In this document: positions 12,333-26,800 of the stretch, in pieces
How positions within the stretch are numbered: the stretch's first letter is position 1
Layout of the letters: each line of letters opens with the position of its first letter
Assembly (NCBI GenBank): GCA_009103225.1
Contig: RHPI01002823.1
Span: 567,104 to 631,103, forward strand
DNA: 64,000 nt
Source: Chlorokybus atmophyticus
Taxonomy: Eukaryota > Plantae > Mesostigma and Chlorokybus algae
Direction: 5' to 3'
Notes under the pieces: generated by a model
What the model was told of the DNA's origin: nothing
The model's database searches: none
The model's input: the letters and a program-made list of their open reading frames with translations, nothing else
Program-made: the position numbers and the translations under genes

Positions 12333-13404
12333 NCCCGCCCCCTCTCTTAGTATGTGTTTGCGGGCAATTGCTAGCGGGTGTGGAGGGTGGCGCAAGTAAA
12401 ACATGACAAGTAAGCAAGGCCCGTGCACTGCTGTCAATTCTACACTTACAACGTACTATCAACAAAAACTCCCCGTCACCAGTACGTTAAATGTGTCAAG
12501 CACCATATTTATCGAAACACATGCACTGATTTTAGCATTGATGCCATGATGCCGTGCTGTCCTAGGCTGCTGGATAGCCTGCTGAACAGTACTGGCCAAC
12601 ACAATAGGATAAGGTCGCAGCACATTACACCCTATACTGTCACAAGACGTTTGCCCTTGCATGCTGGGCAGATTTGCGGTTGAGATGAGTTTCTAAGTCG
12701 GTGAACACCAGACACAAAGCCCAATCCTTTGCTACAAGGCAAAGAAAAAACATGAATTCGCAATGCCCAGCGGCCAAAATGCACACTTGAACACCTTCAT
12801 GCCGAAACCATGTTACACAAACACGGTGCGACACAAAGACTGTCACCCTGCTACGATACACGCATCACAACACGACATGCATGTTACACTCCGCTAACCC
12901 CCCTATGCGACACAACACAACACAAGAGTTGGTAGTGTATCATCCATTGGCTAAGCCTGCAATCAGCCTGACATGTTACTGTTGCCCCACCCGGTCGTCA
13001 ATCTTTTATGGGCTGCTGCCGCTTGGCACAAAGATGACCGCATAGGGTCCAGTGGGGAGCCCTGTGCCCAGATTGGTGATGTTGAAGCCGGGGCCGTACT
13101 CCGCACCAGAGGCCTCAAGCCTCCTGGTTCGCATGTAAATATGCGCACAAGTTTTGAGCACGCATTGTATCTCATGCAATGCGGGTAAATGCGCGTGTGC
13201 AATATTAACACATGGCGCAGGATGCCGCATCATGCGCCATGTGTTGATAATGATTGGCGATAGTGATTAGCGATCACAGACATATTTTACCGACAATCAG
13301 GGGCAATTATGAACACACGTTATGCACATAAATATACTCTACATTATGGTGTCTTGCCATGGAAGACAATAGTACACATTATTGCATGGCCCATGATGCG
13401 TATG

Positions 13405-14377
13405 TGTCACGCCCACAGGGCAGGCAAAAGTTATTCTCTGTCCCTTACATATGTGGTAAGTAAGATGAGACCAAGTGGGGACCCACACTACGCAAGCGTG
13501 TGTAGTGCTTGTGGGTGTGCTCTCATGTAGGTCTGCTCTAGAGCCTGTGCGGCCTTGAGAATGATGAATTACACAAGGCATGATGGCAAGCACAGGGCTG
13601 ATCATAGCCGATGAGACATCATGTGATGTACAAAGACATATGTGTGCATATGTCAGCATGTGTATGCATGTGTTTGCATATGTGTGCACATGTACGCATA
13701 TGCGTGCATATGCGTGCATGAGAGGTATGTACTAGATGTATGCATGTATATGCATGCGCATATGTGTGCATGAGTATGATGTCCTAGGCTGATGTGACCA
13801 GCCAAGGACGTTCACAACGTCTAAGGATGATGTGTGTGATGTCGTAGGCTGATGTGACCAGCCTAGGGACGTTTACAATGTCCGAGGCTGATGTGTGATC
13901 AGTCTTGGGCGTTGAAAGAGGTCCAAGGGCTGATGTGGCAGCCCTAGACATGAGTTGTGGTCAACGCAGCCATGACAAGGCATGTAGCCTTGGACTTGGA
14001 TGTTCTAGGTCGGAGAGCAGGAAAGAGAGGGTATATGAACGGCCTCAACATGTATTGAGGCAGCTCAGCATGTGCATACTCGACTCTTGTGTGTGGGGTG
14101 CCTAGTTTAGTTGTTTAAGGGGCTCTCCCTCTCATCCCATGTGGGGTGTGATGTCCGTGGCAGCTTTGCACATGTGTGTGAGGTGTGCTCGAGTGTTTGA
14201 GTGTGTGGGAGCTGAGTAGAGGGGTTGGTGTCATCCTCTCCTTCCTTGGTGCGGTGCTGTGACTTCCTCTGCAAGGTACTGCACCAGTGTTGCTGGTAGG
14301 GCTTCCAGTAGTAAGTCCTTGTGCTTGTGCATAAGTTTGCCAAGCCGTCCAACAAGTAAGTGAGTGGTATCGTTACA
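13405..14377 (+). mobile_element. Solo LTR of an LTR retrotransposon (973 bp)
   Basis: Begins TGTCACG and ends CGTTACA (TG...CA, 6/7 terminal inverted match). Identical 5-bp GTATG direct repeats flank it at 13400-13404 and 14378-14382. Internal tandem repeats (gctgatgtgaccagcc, about 60-bp period, 13780-13900) and a TATA-like tatatgaa near 14033 fit a U3 region. No gag/pol. The orientation is inferred. Confidence 0.8.
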
Positions 14378-14998
14378 GTATGTGCTCGTGTGTGGTTACC
14401 AGCTTACGGTAGCACTACTATTATGACAATCATGCTTGTAAGTGAGTGTTGAGCACGGAAGCTGACTCAGCTTTCGCCCACAAGGGGCCCTTATGGGCAT
14501 AGTCTTACACCCACTTGACTGAAACAAAATATCTCCTAGAGTCTGTACTTGAAGCAAATACGCATGCGCTTAAAGCTTACGTGCATCACTAATAAGTTGA
14601 CTTGGGTACACATCCTGTATACCCAAATTAACACCATTGCATTGCTGGTAGCAATGTGTTAAGAAGTTTTAAATTATACAACAAGCGGTGTCTGCAGCTA
14701 GCGATTTGCCTTGAATGATGCATACGCACACAGTTACATGAGCAGTGCATTACAACAGTGGCGTTTTAGTACTCACACTTGCTGTCTGCAAATGTTATGT
14801 ATATTTACATGACAGCAAGAAGCTGAAATGAGTTGTTGTAATGAGCATGTACATATGAAAACTACCCGACAGCCACAAATTAACAAAATGCACAAATGCT
14901 GATGCTTTCAAGGCATGGTTTGAGTGTGTTGATGGCAGCATCAAGCCTCAACCATGACGTTTCTAGGATTCACCCATTGCCCCCCTCCCCTCCCCCCT

Positions 14999-15001
<3 letters not shown>

Positions 15002-15074
<73 letters not shown>
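15002..15074. repeat. (CT)n microsatellite
   Basis: Directly visible dinucleotide run. Confidence 0.95.
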
Positions 15075-15077
<3 letters not shown>

Positions 15078-16236
15078 CACGCCAACGTNCCCGCGACGCG
15101 CGCGCTCATATGCTACAACGCTGCCAGTGACGAGCCCACGTACCTATGACGGACGTACGGCACATTCTCAGGTGGCCAACCGGCAACTAGAGCGCGCCAA
15201 GAGGCCTAGGGCCCTTCAGAGGCCCTAATAGGCTAGGGCCCCTGGCTAGGGCCCTGCCTATAGGGCAGAAAGCCTGGTCCAGGTCACCGCCATACAGGTC
15301 AGCAGTGTTGAGCAACAGCAGTAGCAACACAGCAGATCTGCTGACAATCATGACCGTGCCACGGTGGCCCTCGCGGATACGATACGTCATTTGAAAGCTT
15401 CAATCATTGGCTGACTCTCACCACTTGTGAGTCACAAGTCAGGCGGAGGGGGCGAAATCCACCACAAAAACATCCCGTCCTAATCCCAGCAGGCTTACTA
15501 ATGGCCTATTGGTGTGTTTTTGTGCTGGGCACCGCACACTTATAACATACCAGTAACTCATTAATCACTTCGGTATGTGAGCAACACATGAGCATGAGCA
15601 GCGGTCAGAGGGGTACATTTTTCGCCACCGCTGCGCGCTCTACATAACATGCTTCGCCCGCGTGATAAGGCGGCCCTGCCTATCCTGATGAGTGGAGTCT
15701 AGGGCCGCTAGGAATATATATCACCAGATACTTGGGTAGATAAAGTCCTTGCACATTATCGTATCTTGCTCGAATGAATAACAGGGCACCGCACACGCTG
15801 TCCGCGAAGTCTTTTGCTACACGCCACGCCGGTGTGATGCATGCACTGCATGCGCCTGTGTCAATATTGGCTAGTAGCGGAGATTGGCATCTGTGCAAGA
15901 AGATGGTGCCATATATAGTCAGGCTGTACCCTCAGTCTCAGTTGTCAGCACAGCAGTAGTCGGACTTTTCCCCTCTGCTTGCCCTTGGCGGTGCTCCTGC
16001 CCGGTACGTTGGTTGACCAGATGGGTGGGTGGTGTATGTGTTGGGTGGGTGGGGAAGGGATCAAGTTGGTTGCTACCACTCTGCTGTCGTTGGCATTCAC
16101 ACTCATGCTACTACTCCTTGCTGTTGCCTTTCTTGCTGGCATTGGCACCATCCGCCCTTTGAGTGTGACGCATCGCTGATCTTTGTGCCCCCGTGCATGC
16201 ATGCTTGTTGCTGCAGTGCACTGAGGAGCCAAGCCA

Positions 16237-19200
16237 ATGGCGAGGAGAGCAAAGCCTCCTCTTCAGATGATGATGATGATGATGATGATGCTGGTTGCTC
16301 TGGCATCAGCAGTGCACCATGCATCCGCACAGAGCATCTACGACACCGCTCTCACTACGCTCGTCGCGGGACACCCGCGAGCCGTCGTCACCAAGGCCAA
16401 CCTACCAGGTGCATATGTGTGTGTCTCTTTGGCCCAACATTGTGTTGTTGGCCCAACAGATGCATGCCACACATCGGCTTGTGTACTGTATATCGGTATA
16501 TGTACTGTATATCGGTATCATGCACGCACTGTGCGTCTTGCATGGTGTTCAGCAACAACACCACGTGCATGCCACGGTAGTGTAACGGTACAGTGTTTGC
16601 TTTGGGGCAGCAATCCGCGCATACAACAACAAGGGGAACAACATGTGGCCGCTCTGCCTGAGCTCCATCATGGCTGCCAACTCCACCATTGCAAGCGCGC
16701 GTCCTTCCTCCTCCAGGTATGTCATACTGTCTCACTGTTCACTGTGAATAAACTCCAAGTGTTGTCTCTGTTGCACACCCACCCACACATACGCATGCAG
16801 CCCGCGCAACTTCGCCGACCGCATGGCGACCGTCGCCGGCGGCTACCTCATCGACTCCGACCCGGCCAAGTTGCGCTACGCTCTCGCGGACCTCACGCAG
16901 GTCATCGGACTGTCCAAGTGGTAAGAGATGTGTGTGTGTAGCAGATTTGCTGCTACAAACATGATTGACCTTGCACTTACCTGCCAACATGCGCACGCAG
17001 TCTGTCCACCCTCTTCACGAATATGCATGCAACGACCCACCAACACTGTACATGGACCACAGGTGTGATGATTTCACCAAGGTGGAGGCTTACCTCGACA
17101 CCGACAACTACCTGCTGGCGGCGTCGTGGGGTTACGACTGGTTGTACGACAGGTTGACCAGCGCGCAGAAGACGAGTGCATGGACGGCCGTGAAGAACAA
17201 GGCATTCGTGCCGGCGATACAGTCCGGCATGCTGCCTGTCATTGCTTCACTGGTGAGAGGGTGTGAGTCTCTCTCTCTCTCTCTGTTGTACATTCACAAC
17301 CACACTCACACTCGCATGGTACAGAACACCAACATCGCCGTCAACTCTCTCGCCGGCTTCGTCGTGGCCGCCATCGTCTTCGCCGAACAAGACACAGCAC
17401 TATGCCAACAGGTAACCACAACTCCCACAACTCCCACCCCACCCTCCCACCTCTCACACTTTTTCTCCCCACATGCACACAACAGATCCTGTCCCTTGCG
17501 CTGCCCGGCATCCAGCGCCAAGTCCTCAACCTGAACCCGAGCGGCGCTTTCTTCGAGGGACAGTTCTATGGGAGTTATATCGGATACAATCTGCCCTTCG
17601 CTCTGAGCGCGCTCAAGACGGGGATCAACAATGATTATGGACTGAGCACAATACCGGGACTAATGGTACGTGTGTGCAAGTGCGAGTGAGAAAATGAGCG
17701 TGCACGCGAGTGCGTGCGTGTGTGAGTGCGTGAGCGTCAGTGTGCGCATGAGCATGAGCGTGAGTGTGTGTGCGTATGCGTGTGCGTGTGTGCTCTTGGC
17801 AGATGCGACGAATACGCGTGCACACGTACGCACGCGCTCTATGACTCTACACTCACTCACTATCTATCACCCCCACCCCCGCAGGCCACCGCCTACTTCC
17901 GCATCCAGTCCATCGGCCCTTCCTCCGTCTCCTTCACCTTCGCCGACGGCAACGTGGACGTGATCAACAGCATGCAGATCTCCTACTACGCCGCATCCCA
18001 GATCACGAACCTAGCGTTGAACACGTACATACCGTCGTACGAGTTCGGGCTGAAGGTCACGGGACTGCCGTTCAGGGTGTTCTGGACCAACCCGATCACG
18101 TTCAGCTCGAAGACGACCGCAAACCCGCTGCCGCTGGATGTTAGACACTCTGGTAAGTGTGGGTGGGTGGGTGGGTGTGCGTGGGTGTATGTGGAATTGC
18201 GCAAGCGCACACGCACACGCACTTGCACACAGGTTTACGCACGTATACATGCGTGAGCGTGCACTATCCTGTGTGTGCGTGTGGAGCACATATTTACACG
18301 CGCACACTGCCACTCACTCTTGCGCGCGCACGCACACACACACTCACTCACTCTCTCTCACGCACAATTTTACCTCACCACCCTCACCCACCCAACACAT
18401 TCTCACTCTCCCACCCCCCTTCTCCCAGGCTACGGCGTCAAGACCGTCTTCATGCGCACTTCCTGGTCCGACCCCCTCGCCGCGTACGTGGCCGTGAAGG
18501 GCGGCCGCAACCCGCAGCCCAAAGAGAGCAACCACGCCCACCTCGACCTCGGGACGTTCGTGTACGACAACGACGGGCAGAGGTGGTTCGTCGACCTGGG
18601 ATACGATGACTATGGACTGCCGGGGTACTTCACGCCGGGGCTGAAGTATAGATACAGGTGCGTGGGGATTTGGTCACGTGCGCTGTACAAGCACGTACAC
18701 CGCCTTGTGCTTGTGCGCGCTTGCGTACATTGTACACACAGATGAGCACGCACACGCGCAGACGCAGAGACACACGCACACGCGCACGCGCACGCACACG
18801 CACACGCACACACACCGGATGCTCACAGCACTCAGTGAGCATGCTCTGAGCATCCTCTGACGAAGCATGCTGTGAGCATTCATCCAGTGTATTGTTTTCT
18901 TCGTATGCTCATGCTTTGCCGATTGCAACAAGTCCAGATGACAACGCAACATCCTCTCACCCTATGCGTTCCCCTTTTTTTTCCCAGCTACTACCGCGCG
19001 CGCACGGAGGGCCACAACACCCTCGCCGTCTCCAACTCCACCCAAACTCAGCTCCGTTGCGGCAACCAGGCTTTCGGCGGGTTCGCCCTTCTGACGCCGC
19101 CCGTGTCGAACTCGCTGATATCGTACACCATCGCGGACCTCACCGTCTCGTACGCGGGGGCGGTCAGCGTGAAACGAGGGATCGCGCTGCTGAAAGACGT

Positions 19201-19919
19201 GCCGAAACCGCAGGGGAGACTGCTTGTGCAAGACGAGGTGGGTGTGAGTGTGTATGCACGAGGTAGTGATGGGTGTGTTGTTGAGCTGAAGCTTGACTTC
19301 TGTTGCTATCACGTCGTGTTGTGATAACGAGTCTCTGAGCAGACATCACTTGTGTGCACAGACTGCGTTCGTGTCGGCCGTGGACATAGTCAGCATGTTC
19401 CACACCTATGCCAAAGTGAGCATCACCGCCGACCGCAAAACCGCCACCCTGACCATGGTACATACATACAGATTGCAAGCACGCATGCAACCGCCATGCA
19501 TACCACCTAACATGTGTACACGCCTCTGTGCATGCGCGTGCACGCCTCTGCGCGTACACATGCACGCATCTGCAAGTGTATGCGTGTGTGTGAACACATT
19601 ACAGCGCGCACTGGCATTTATCTCTCTTTGTCTCTCTCTTTTCTTCTATTCTCGCCAGGGTGGTACTCAGTTGCAGGGTCGCATCCTCAGTCCCTCCGAC
19701 GGCTTCTTCGCCACCTTCTCCGCCAACCCGGCCTTAATCGGTCGCAGCGCAGAGAACCATAACGCCGGCTTGACCAACGTCGTGGTGAGGGTGCCCACAC
19801 TCAGACAGACTGCGGTGATAGCAGTCATTTGGACTAAGAACATCAATGATGCGCCGCTGCCGGCAGTGCAGCCATTAGCTACATGGAAGAGTTTTCAGGT
19901 GCCGAGTCTGGGGGTGTGA
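16237..19919 (+). CDS. Secreted heparinase II/III-like polysaccharide lyase (bacterial-type), about 10 exons
   Basis: Signal peptide MARRAKPPLQMMMMMMMMLVALASAVHHASA. Exons give YLDTDNYLLAASWGYDWLYDRLT, GAFFEGQFYGSY, GPSSVSFTFADG, FMRTSWSDPLAAYVAVKGG...SNHAHLDLGTFVYDNDGQRWFVDLGYDDYGLPGYF and YYRARTEGHNTLAV, the motif series of Hepar_II_III-domain proteins. TGA at 19917-19919, then TGTAA near 19967. Confidence 0.88.
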
Positions 19920-20801
19920 CATGGGGGAAGAGAGAGAGAAGGTTGGGATGTGGGTTGCTGAGTTGTTGTAACATTTGGGGTAGAAAGATTAGGTTATGTT
20001 AGAGATTGGATTACTATTGGCAGGTTAGTGCCTTAGGTTAGCGGATGCGGTAGTAGTGGACTATTGGTGCACATGCAAGGTGATGCTCCAAAGAGCCTCC
20101 CTTGTACCACAAACTGTTGTTTTTGTAGTGCAATCAAGCCACACGCACGCCTAGTGCAATGCAAAACAGGTGTTCCGTAATACAACGCATTGCTCTCGCA
20201 GAGCTCATTGGATGTGTCAAGACAATAAAAATGGCTAGCTCCAAGTCACGCGAGTTATCAATTCCAGATGCTGATTGTACAGTTGATTGTGCACGTTCTT
20301 GCATGTATCCCAACAGGCTGAGTGGCTGTCACAATGAAAGGACACCCACCCAACTAGTAGCACTCTGCTCCGTACAGCTCAGAGTGAAACGCGAGTTTCT
20401 GAGGGTTGGCCATACCCTGTCAGGTAAACATTTGCTTCATACGAGTTCTGTGCCAAGTGCACATGCAACTTGTCAGCATCACCAACACGGTTCTGCACGT
20501 GTTTGTGGTGTGCACATGTGGTGCGCACATGTTGCCACAATATCCTGCATTCGTGTCACGCACTACCAATGTCCACAAAAGTGAGACAATGTGGAGATGG
20601 TAACAGCCTGCCACCGCGCGCAGCCGAGTTGCAAAAGTTTAGCACTCCACTTGGGTAGCTTTGCAACTGAGGGGCTTATGTGCGCAACGTCCCCCCAGCG
20701 CAACAAATCTGCAGCCTTATTATACTGTGCAAATAGCATAGTGACCCGGGCCGTGGTTGGGGCGTGCTCATATCTAGTCATATATGTGCTGCGGATATAC
20801 A

Positions 20802-23800
20802 TCATCGTGATGCTGTGCCACGAGCGCTTCTGCTGCTGGCACGGGCTTTCAAATGTGCTCGGCTGATTGTCATCGGCGCGAGCTCGGAAACCTTGCTGCT
20901 GCCCTCTTCTTCATCCTGCTTCTCATCGACACGAGCTCCCTTGAGGTTGCACAGCATGTCGCCCGCAACATACCTGTCAGCAAGGCAGCACAACATTATA
21001 ATGTGGTTGGTCAAAGTATGCAGTAAAGCACATCAAACCTATCCCTGATCTGCTTCATATCAAAGCAGAATGCGTAGCATCGCTTGGCTGTCACGACTGT
21101 ACACTGCATGCAACCTCAGCCTGGAAAGCACCAACATTACCATATCATGCTTGTCCTTTTCGGCGCCTTCTGTGTATTTTGTTTGGCAACCGACATTGCC
21201 GCCGTGTAAAAGGCTGAGACTTCTCGCAGAAGTTCGTCAGATGGGCGACTCACATTGCGTCCCTTCACTAGCTTCTGCACATGATCACAGGAAAAGCTTA
21301 ATTACTACACAGACAACACACATGTGCGCGCATGCACACATATCACATGCACCAGCAAGCATGCTCCACTGCATGTACCGATCAGTCCAAAAAGCACATG
21401 AATGTGACACTCCCAACCGATACTAACCATTCTGATACCGTCATACAACTCCTCAAACAGGCCGAAGCCGTAGGCGTCGTTATCAGGCTCGGCATCTTTC
21501 AGCTGCATTATTTTAGCTGCTTGGGAGTAGTACTGACGAACCTCCTCTGTCCAGTAGTTCATGAGGTCCGGACTATGGCACCCAACAACCTGCAGCATTT
21601 CATCCAGCTCATAACTCACAGGCTCATCTGCACACATGTTGACACAAGTCAGGTTCCTTTATGCGTATTTGCATGTATGCTATCTGGACAAAAGTGGAAA
21701 CATGATGACATGGTATTATCAACTGGTTCAAGACTAACACAGCCTACCTGCACCGTACTTTAAGTACGTGTCGACCATGTCCCATATTTTTGCCAGCGGT
21801 TGTGAAGACCTTGACGCGCACTTCTTCCAGTACAAATTGGGCACCGACAGATACGACTCTGCCTTGCCCTCAAAATAGTGAGGAATTTGCAGGCGCTCAA
21901 TGAGGGCAGGGGGGATCTTCACCTGCATGGTTGCGATTGTGCAGTCAGACACCCACTCATGTTTGGTTTTCCCATGTTATGCAGCATTGCATCACATACC
22001 CACACACGAGGCACATGTTCTCAACAGCAAAGTTGCAGCCTCACCTCTTTGCCTGCTTTGCTAGCATCCAGAGCCAAGCGGTAGTAGTGGTCAAGCTGTC
22101 GACACTCGTAGCTGTCGCAGCCTGTCAAGTCCGCCTGGCATTGCCATGACACTGCCGCCAAAGCCAGTTGGGACCTGCCATGAGAGCCATCATCAAACAA
22201 GCAATCAACCAACACTATGGTTCATCTGTGCTGCAATCAACCAACCTACAAATCAGTTAGATGAGCATTTACTCATCCTGTCCATCCATTCAGTAATGAC
22301 CAGGCTGGCAGGAGTTGTTCCAAAACAACACGACACTGGTTGTCCAAGAGTCTGACGCATCACTACAATACGCTCAAAACCAAAGCATAAAAAGAAGACT
22401 TACATCGTTTGGAAACGAAGAGTTAGATACTGCTTGAACAGTTCCACTGCAAATTCATCGGGCGTGAGGCTATGATCGCAAGCCACAGGCGTCGCGGGGC
22501 TTATGTTGACTCTGTTGATATTGTTCAAAGCCTCCTGCGCCGCGGCGGGGTCCGTAAAGGTTCGGGGGTCGTAAGGCGGGCACTCCTGCAACCCCTCCAC
22601 AAACTCCCTGCGCCAGCATATCCAGAATGTGTCACCATCGTAGTCGCCCCCAGACATCATGTCCGCCAACGCGCGTGAGCCCTGCATGTCACGAACAGTC
22701 ATGCCAGTTGTGTCAACGGTTGCGTGTAAACCGTACCATACCGTATTGTAAGATCAGCAGTGCCATACCATGCCATAGCATGCCACGCGGTACAGTGCTG
22801 TACTACACTCTGCACTGACACTACCATGCAATGACACTAGGCAATGCTATGCCAAGATGGCACAGCATGCATAGTATACCCTGTACTGGTATGCTCTGCA
22901 TTAGCGTATTATGTGATGCTGTGCAATGTCATGTTAGGTGGAACACACAAATGTTTTCTTGCCTTGACAGAAAAGAAGACGCCGAACCTGCCGTCCCCAA
23001 GCGCGTCTGCCAGCACTTCAGAGTGCTGCAAACGGACCTTCCTGACGTCGCCCGGGTGTGTGCCGGGGGCTCGATACATGATCACGTGCTCGCCGTCACG
23101 GGGGTGCCTCATGCTGCTGTGCTGGAGATCCTCCAAGACTCTGTGCCTACATGGCAACATGCATACAGTCGGCTGCGTACAAAATGCAAGTCTGCCTGTG
23201 TGGTACCATGCATACACGTCTTATGCAGTGTAGCACACGCAAAGCAATGCGTACGCCATGTGTTATGCAGCAGTGTTCACTCACACACAAGTGTTGACTT
23301 AAGTAATGCATGGGAGTCTACTGCAGCAAAGGCATACATGTCGTGTTGCACTTACCCCACGATCATCACACATCCTTCTTCTAGGGTGCCTGTGGGGTCC
23401 GCTGCTCCCATCAGCATACAGGATTCGGAGATGGCGATACCTCCTTTCTGCAGCTTCTCCAGCTCTTGCTTCTGCAGCTGTTTATTGCCCCGGAGGATCA
23501 GAAATGGCACAACATACTATAAGCACACAACAGAACAAACAGCCTCTGCAGCCATCTACCTCTGCAAGCTTCTGACGCAAAAATGGCTCCGTTGTGGGGA
23601 AGTGTGCCCACAGCATCCGTACAACAACCTGAAAGAGCAAAACCTGAGCAACATACTACCAACATGTTGTCTGCACGCGTTGTGTCTCAGATGCATGCAT
23701 ATCCAACCTGGGCCCATCTGTCCTGGAACTGCGACTCTCTATACAGCCGCTCGGCCACTGAAGTTACATGACATTCTCAGACCATGCTACTGCGCAACAC

Positions 23801-26800
23801 TCGCGACATGATGCAAAGAGACACGCACTCTTTCCGGTGAGGTCCGTGTGCTTTAGCATATCTGCAACCTCTTTGATGCTCTCGCAGGCCAGCTTTAGGA
23901 TGAGGTCGTCAGGGATCCCCGCAGCAGACAAGACTGGGATGAGCTGCTTATTCAAGTGGCCTCTGAAAGGCACGGGCCTGCAGAACAACAACAACAACAA
24001 CAATGCACTATCATCATCATCACCATCACCAATACCATCAACAACGCTCCTGTAAATGATGTTTGCTCAAAGTTAACATGGCACGTACGCGGTGCTGACG
24101 ATTTCCATTGAGCTCAATGCACAGTGTTTTGGAAAGCCCGGTCGCGCGGTGATCTTCTTCATGGAGTCTCTCCGGAGGTATAGACAGCCGGGCTTAACTA
24201 TGACGTACTGTTGGCCGCTCATGATGTGAGTGCCAGGATGGACCGCTACCAGCACGCCCTTGTAGAGGTTGCCCTCGCTAAAGAGCCTTACTTGCGCCAT
24301 GCATGACCTCGCATGCCTGCAGGGCAACAACTTGGAGGATTGGGTGATTGAACAAAAGAGTAGGTGAACAACACAAACATGCAAGAAACAGAGCGGAGAT
24401 CATGCATGTGAGAGTACAAACGTAATGTATTTAAGTCGACAGATAGTACTGAAACCAGCATCTGAGCCCAGCGATGCGCTGCTGTGAAGTGCAATGCTCT
24501 TTGCTGCGCACAATGTAGCGGCAACCACATGGTTCTTACGCAGTGTCGTCAGGTGCTCGTGAATTCACAATCGGATCAACCATGCGCCCGCTGGCAATCC
24601 TCGCAGGAAGCTTATCCAGTACATCCATAGCCATTACGCCGCAGCCATCTGTCATTAAGCTCAGGCCGCCCATATCCTGCCAATGATAGCTGCTTCGGTC
24701 TTCCAAATTGTGATCAGCCAATTTGCCCGTGCAGAGTATCATTGCAGCAGCGAGCACGTGGACAACATGAAGGCAACCGAAAGAACACGCACACTGGCAG
24801 CGTAGACATCATCAATGTCGATGATGGACACGCCCTCGAGTGGAATGGGAATAGCGGGGGACAGCATCAATGCCAGTCTGCAAAGGGAACCAATAACAAG
24901 AGTCATACACGAACACAGTTCAGGAACGAGCAAACACAGATACTGTGTGCCTACTCAGCCAGCTGAGCCATGTACACATGCGAACAGGCGTACATATGTA
25001 AAAGTATGAAAGGCGGAGAGTCTTTCACCAGCAAGTATACAGCGACTGTGAGTACAACAATCCAAAGCAACACTGACACATCACTTGTTACATGTGTTCT
25101 CGCACCGACATGCGGCTTTGGCGCGTGAGGGCGCGGCCCCAAAATCGGCAAACAAGCGCAGGCCAGCGCCAACATTGATTGGCCAGAACTCCTGCTCTTC
25201 CATGTCGTGTTCCGCGTGAGACTCCGTTGCCACAAACACGCACTTCTCGTCCTTATGCTTCTCTGCATCCTTGTAGGCTGGAGGAAGCAACGAAGCAAAT
25301 CAAGTTGGGTAAGGAAGCAAAGTAGTTGAAAGATTCAGCTTTAGTGAGGATTGACATACAGCTCATCATCAACAGGCATCCGCAATAACAGAGTACTTCT
25401 ACAGTCAGCCAACGCGCATGCATCAGCACACAAAAAGCACGTATGACACATACCAAAGAACTTGTAGAGGCGGCCAGCAATTGGAATGCCTTCCCTTGCC
25501 AACCGCTCGTACAGCTCTTTGATTTGTTGCTCTCTGTGCGTCATTTTCCTCGGGATGCTATCAAACTTCACATGCAAAACACGGTCATCCCCAAAGTTGC
25601 CCTGGATAGCATTCCTCGCCTTGTCTCTGCGAATGGGCTGCAGCAAGCACACAAAGAGAATGATGAACTAACAGCCAATTAATACCAAATTAAGTGCAGT
25701 GCACTTGTTGTAATGCACGCACATAGTACCTGCAGGCTGCATTCTCCAACTGGGGAGACACATACAGAGAAAATACAGGCTCCTTCAGAAAGGAGCCCAA
25801 CGCTATGGGTTGCAACTGATGAGTCGGTGTGCTGATTGGGTCGGCAAGGGAGATCCAGAAGCGCTTCCAGATTATGCACATTTGACAACCAACTAGTGCG
25901 CGCGCATTGCAAGCCTTGCAACAGCCCCAACGCTTGAGGGTTGCGCAGCAGGCTGTCTACTTCAGCTGGCCTGGCAAAGAAGATGCATGTGTCATGTAGG
26001 CATTCACATCGCTCAAGCCTGTATAGATGACTGCACGGGGAAAGTCGCATGCACACACGTGGTGTGCATGCACGAGTGCGTGCAAGTGTGTGCTTGCAAG
26101 CCTCGGCTTGTGCGTCTCTTACCGAGTGCCTGCTTGCCATTGCAGCAGGAATCGTGTTGTGAAGTCCAAACGGCGGTAAGCCTCATGGTGCATCAAGTTC
26201 ACCAACGGAGGTTTTGACAAAGAGTGGCGCGGCGTAGAAGAACTGGCGATGTTCCCAAAAGACAATCGCCGCTGCGATGATGGTGGTGGCGTTTGCATGC
26301 CCACTGCCATCACAGTCACTGGCCCAGTATGATCGCACACATCGGCAATGTGCATTGCAGGCAGGGACTGCCGGGGTGGTCGGGGTTGTCTGTAAAGCCA
26401 TCCCACCAAATGTAAGGGCAACATACGTACATACGTTGGTGGAATCAATGGCGTAACGGCGAGGCATTACTGTGGGGAGCATATGACTGTGGGAGCATTG
26501 TTAGGGATGACAACACCAGGTGGTGCCGAATGCGCATGTCTCAGTAGGGTTGGCGTAATGGGTTCCACACCAGGTTCGAGATTGGCTCTCTTCAGTGGAG
26601 GCTGCTGATCCAAGCAAAAGTTACACAAAGCAGTTGGTGTGGAAGCAGCACCTTGTGCAGCAACGTGACACTTTCATGCGTACTCAGTATATGCTATGAG
26701 CACCATGCGCGTCCAAGTCACATATTCGATGAACGGAGTGCATAGTACCATCTGCTGCTACAGACGCAGTTGCACCATGCAAGCCGCAGCACCTCTAGAA

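Noticed and set aside
15195-15270. Cluster of tagggccc palindromic motifs
   Set aside because: Short and irregular, with no TIR/TSD pairing found to call an element.
15672-15712. gcggccct...agggccgc stem containing CTGATGA: hammerhead ribozyme or C/D snoRNA?
   Set aside because: No stem II plus GAAA after CUGAUGA for a hammerhead, and no proper box C/D pair.
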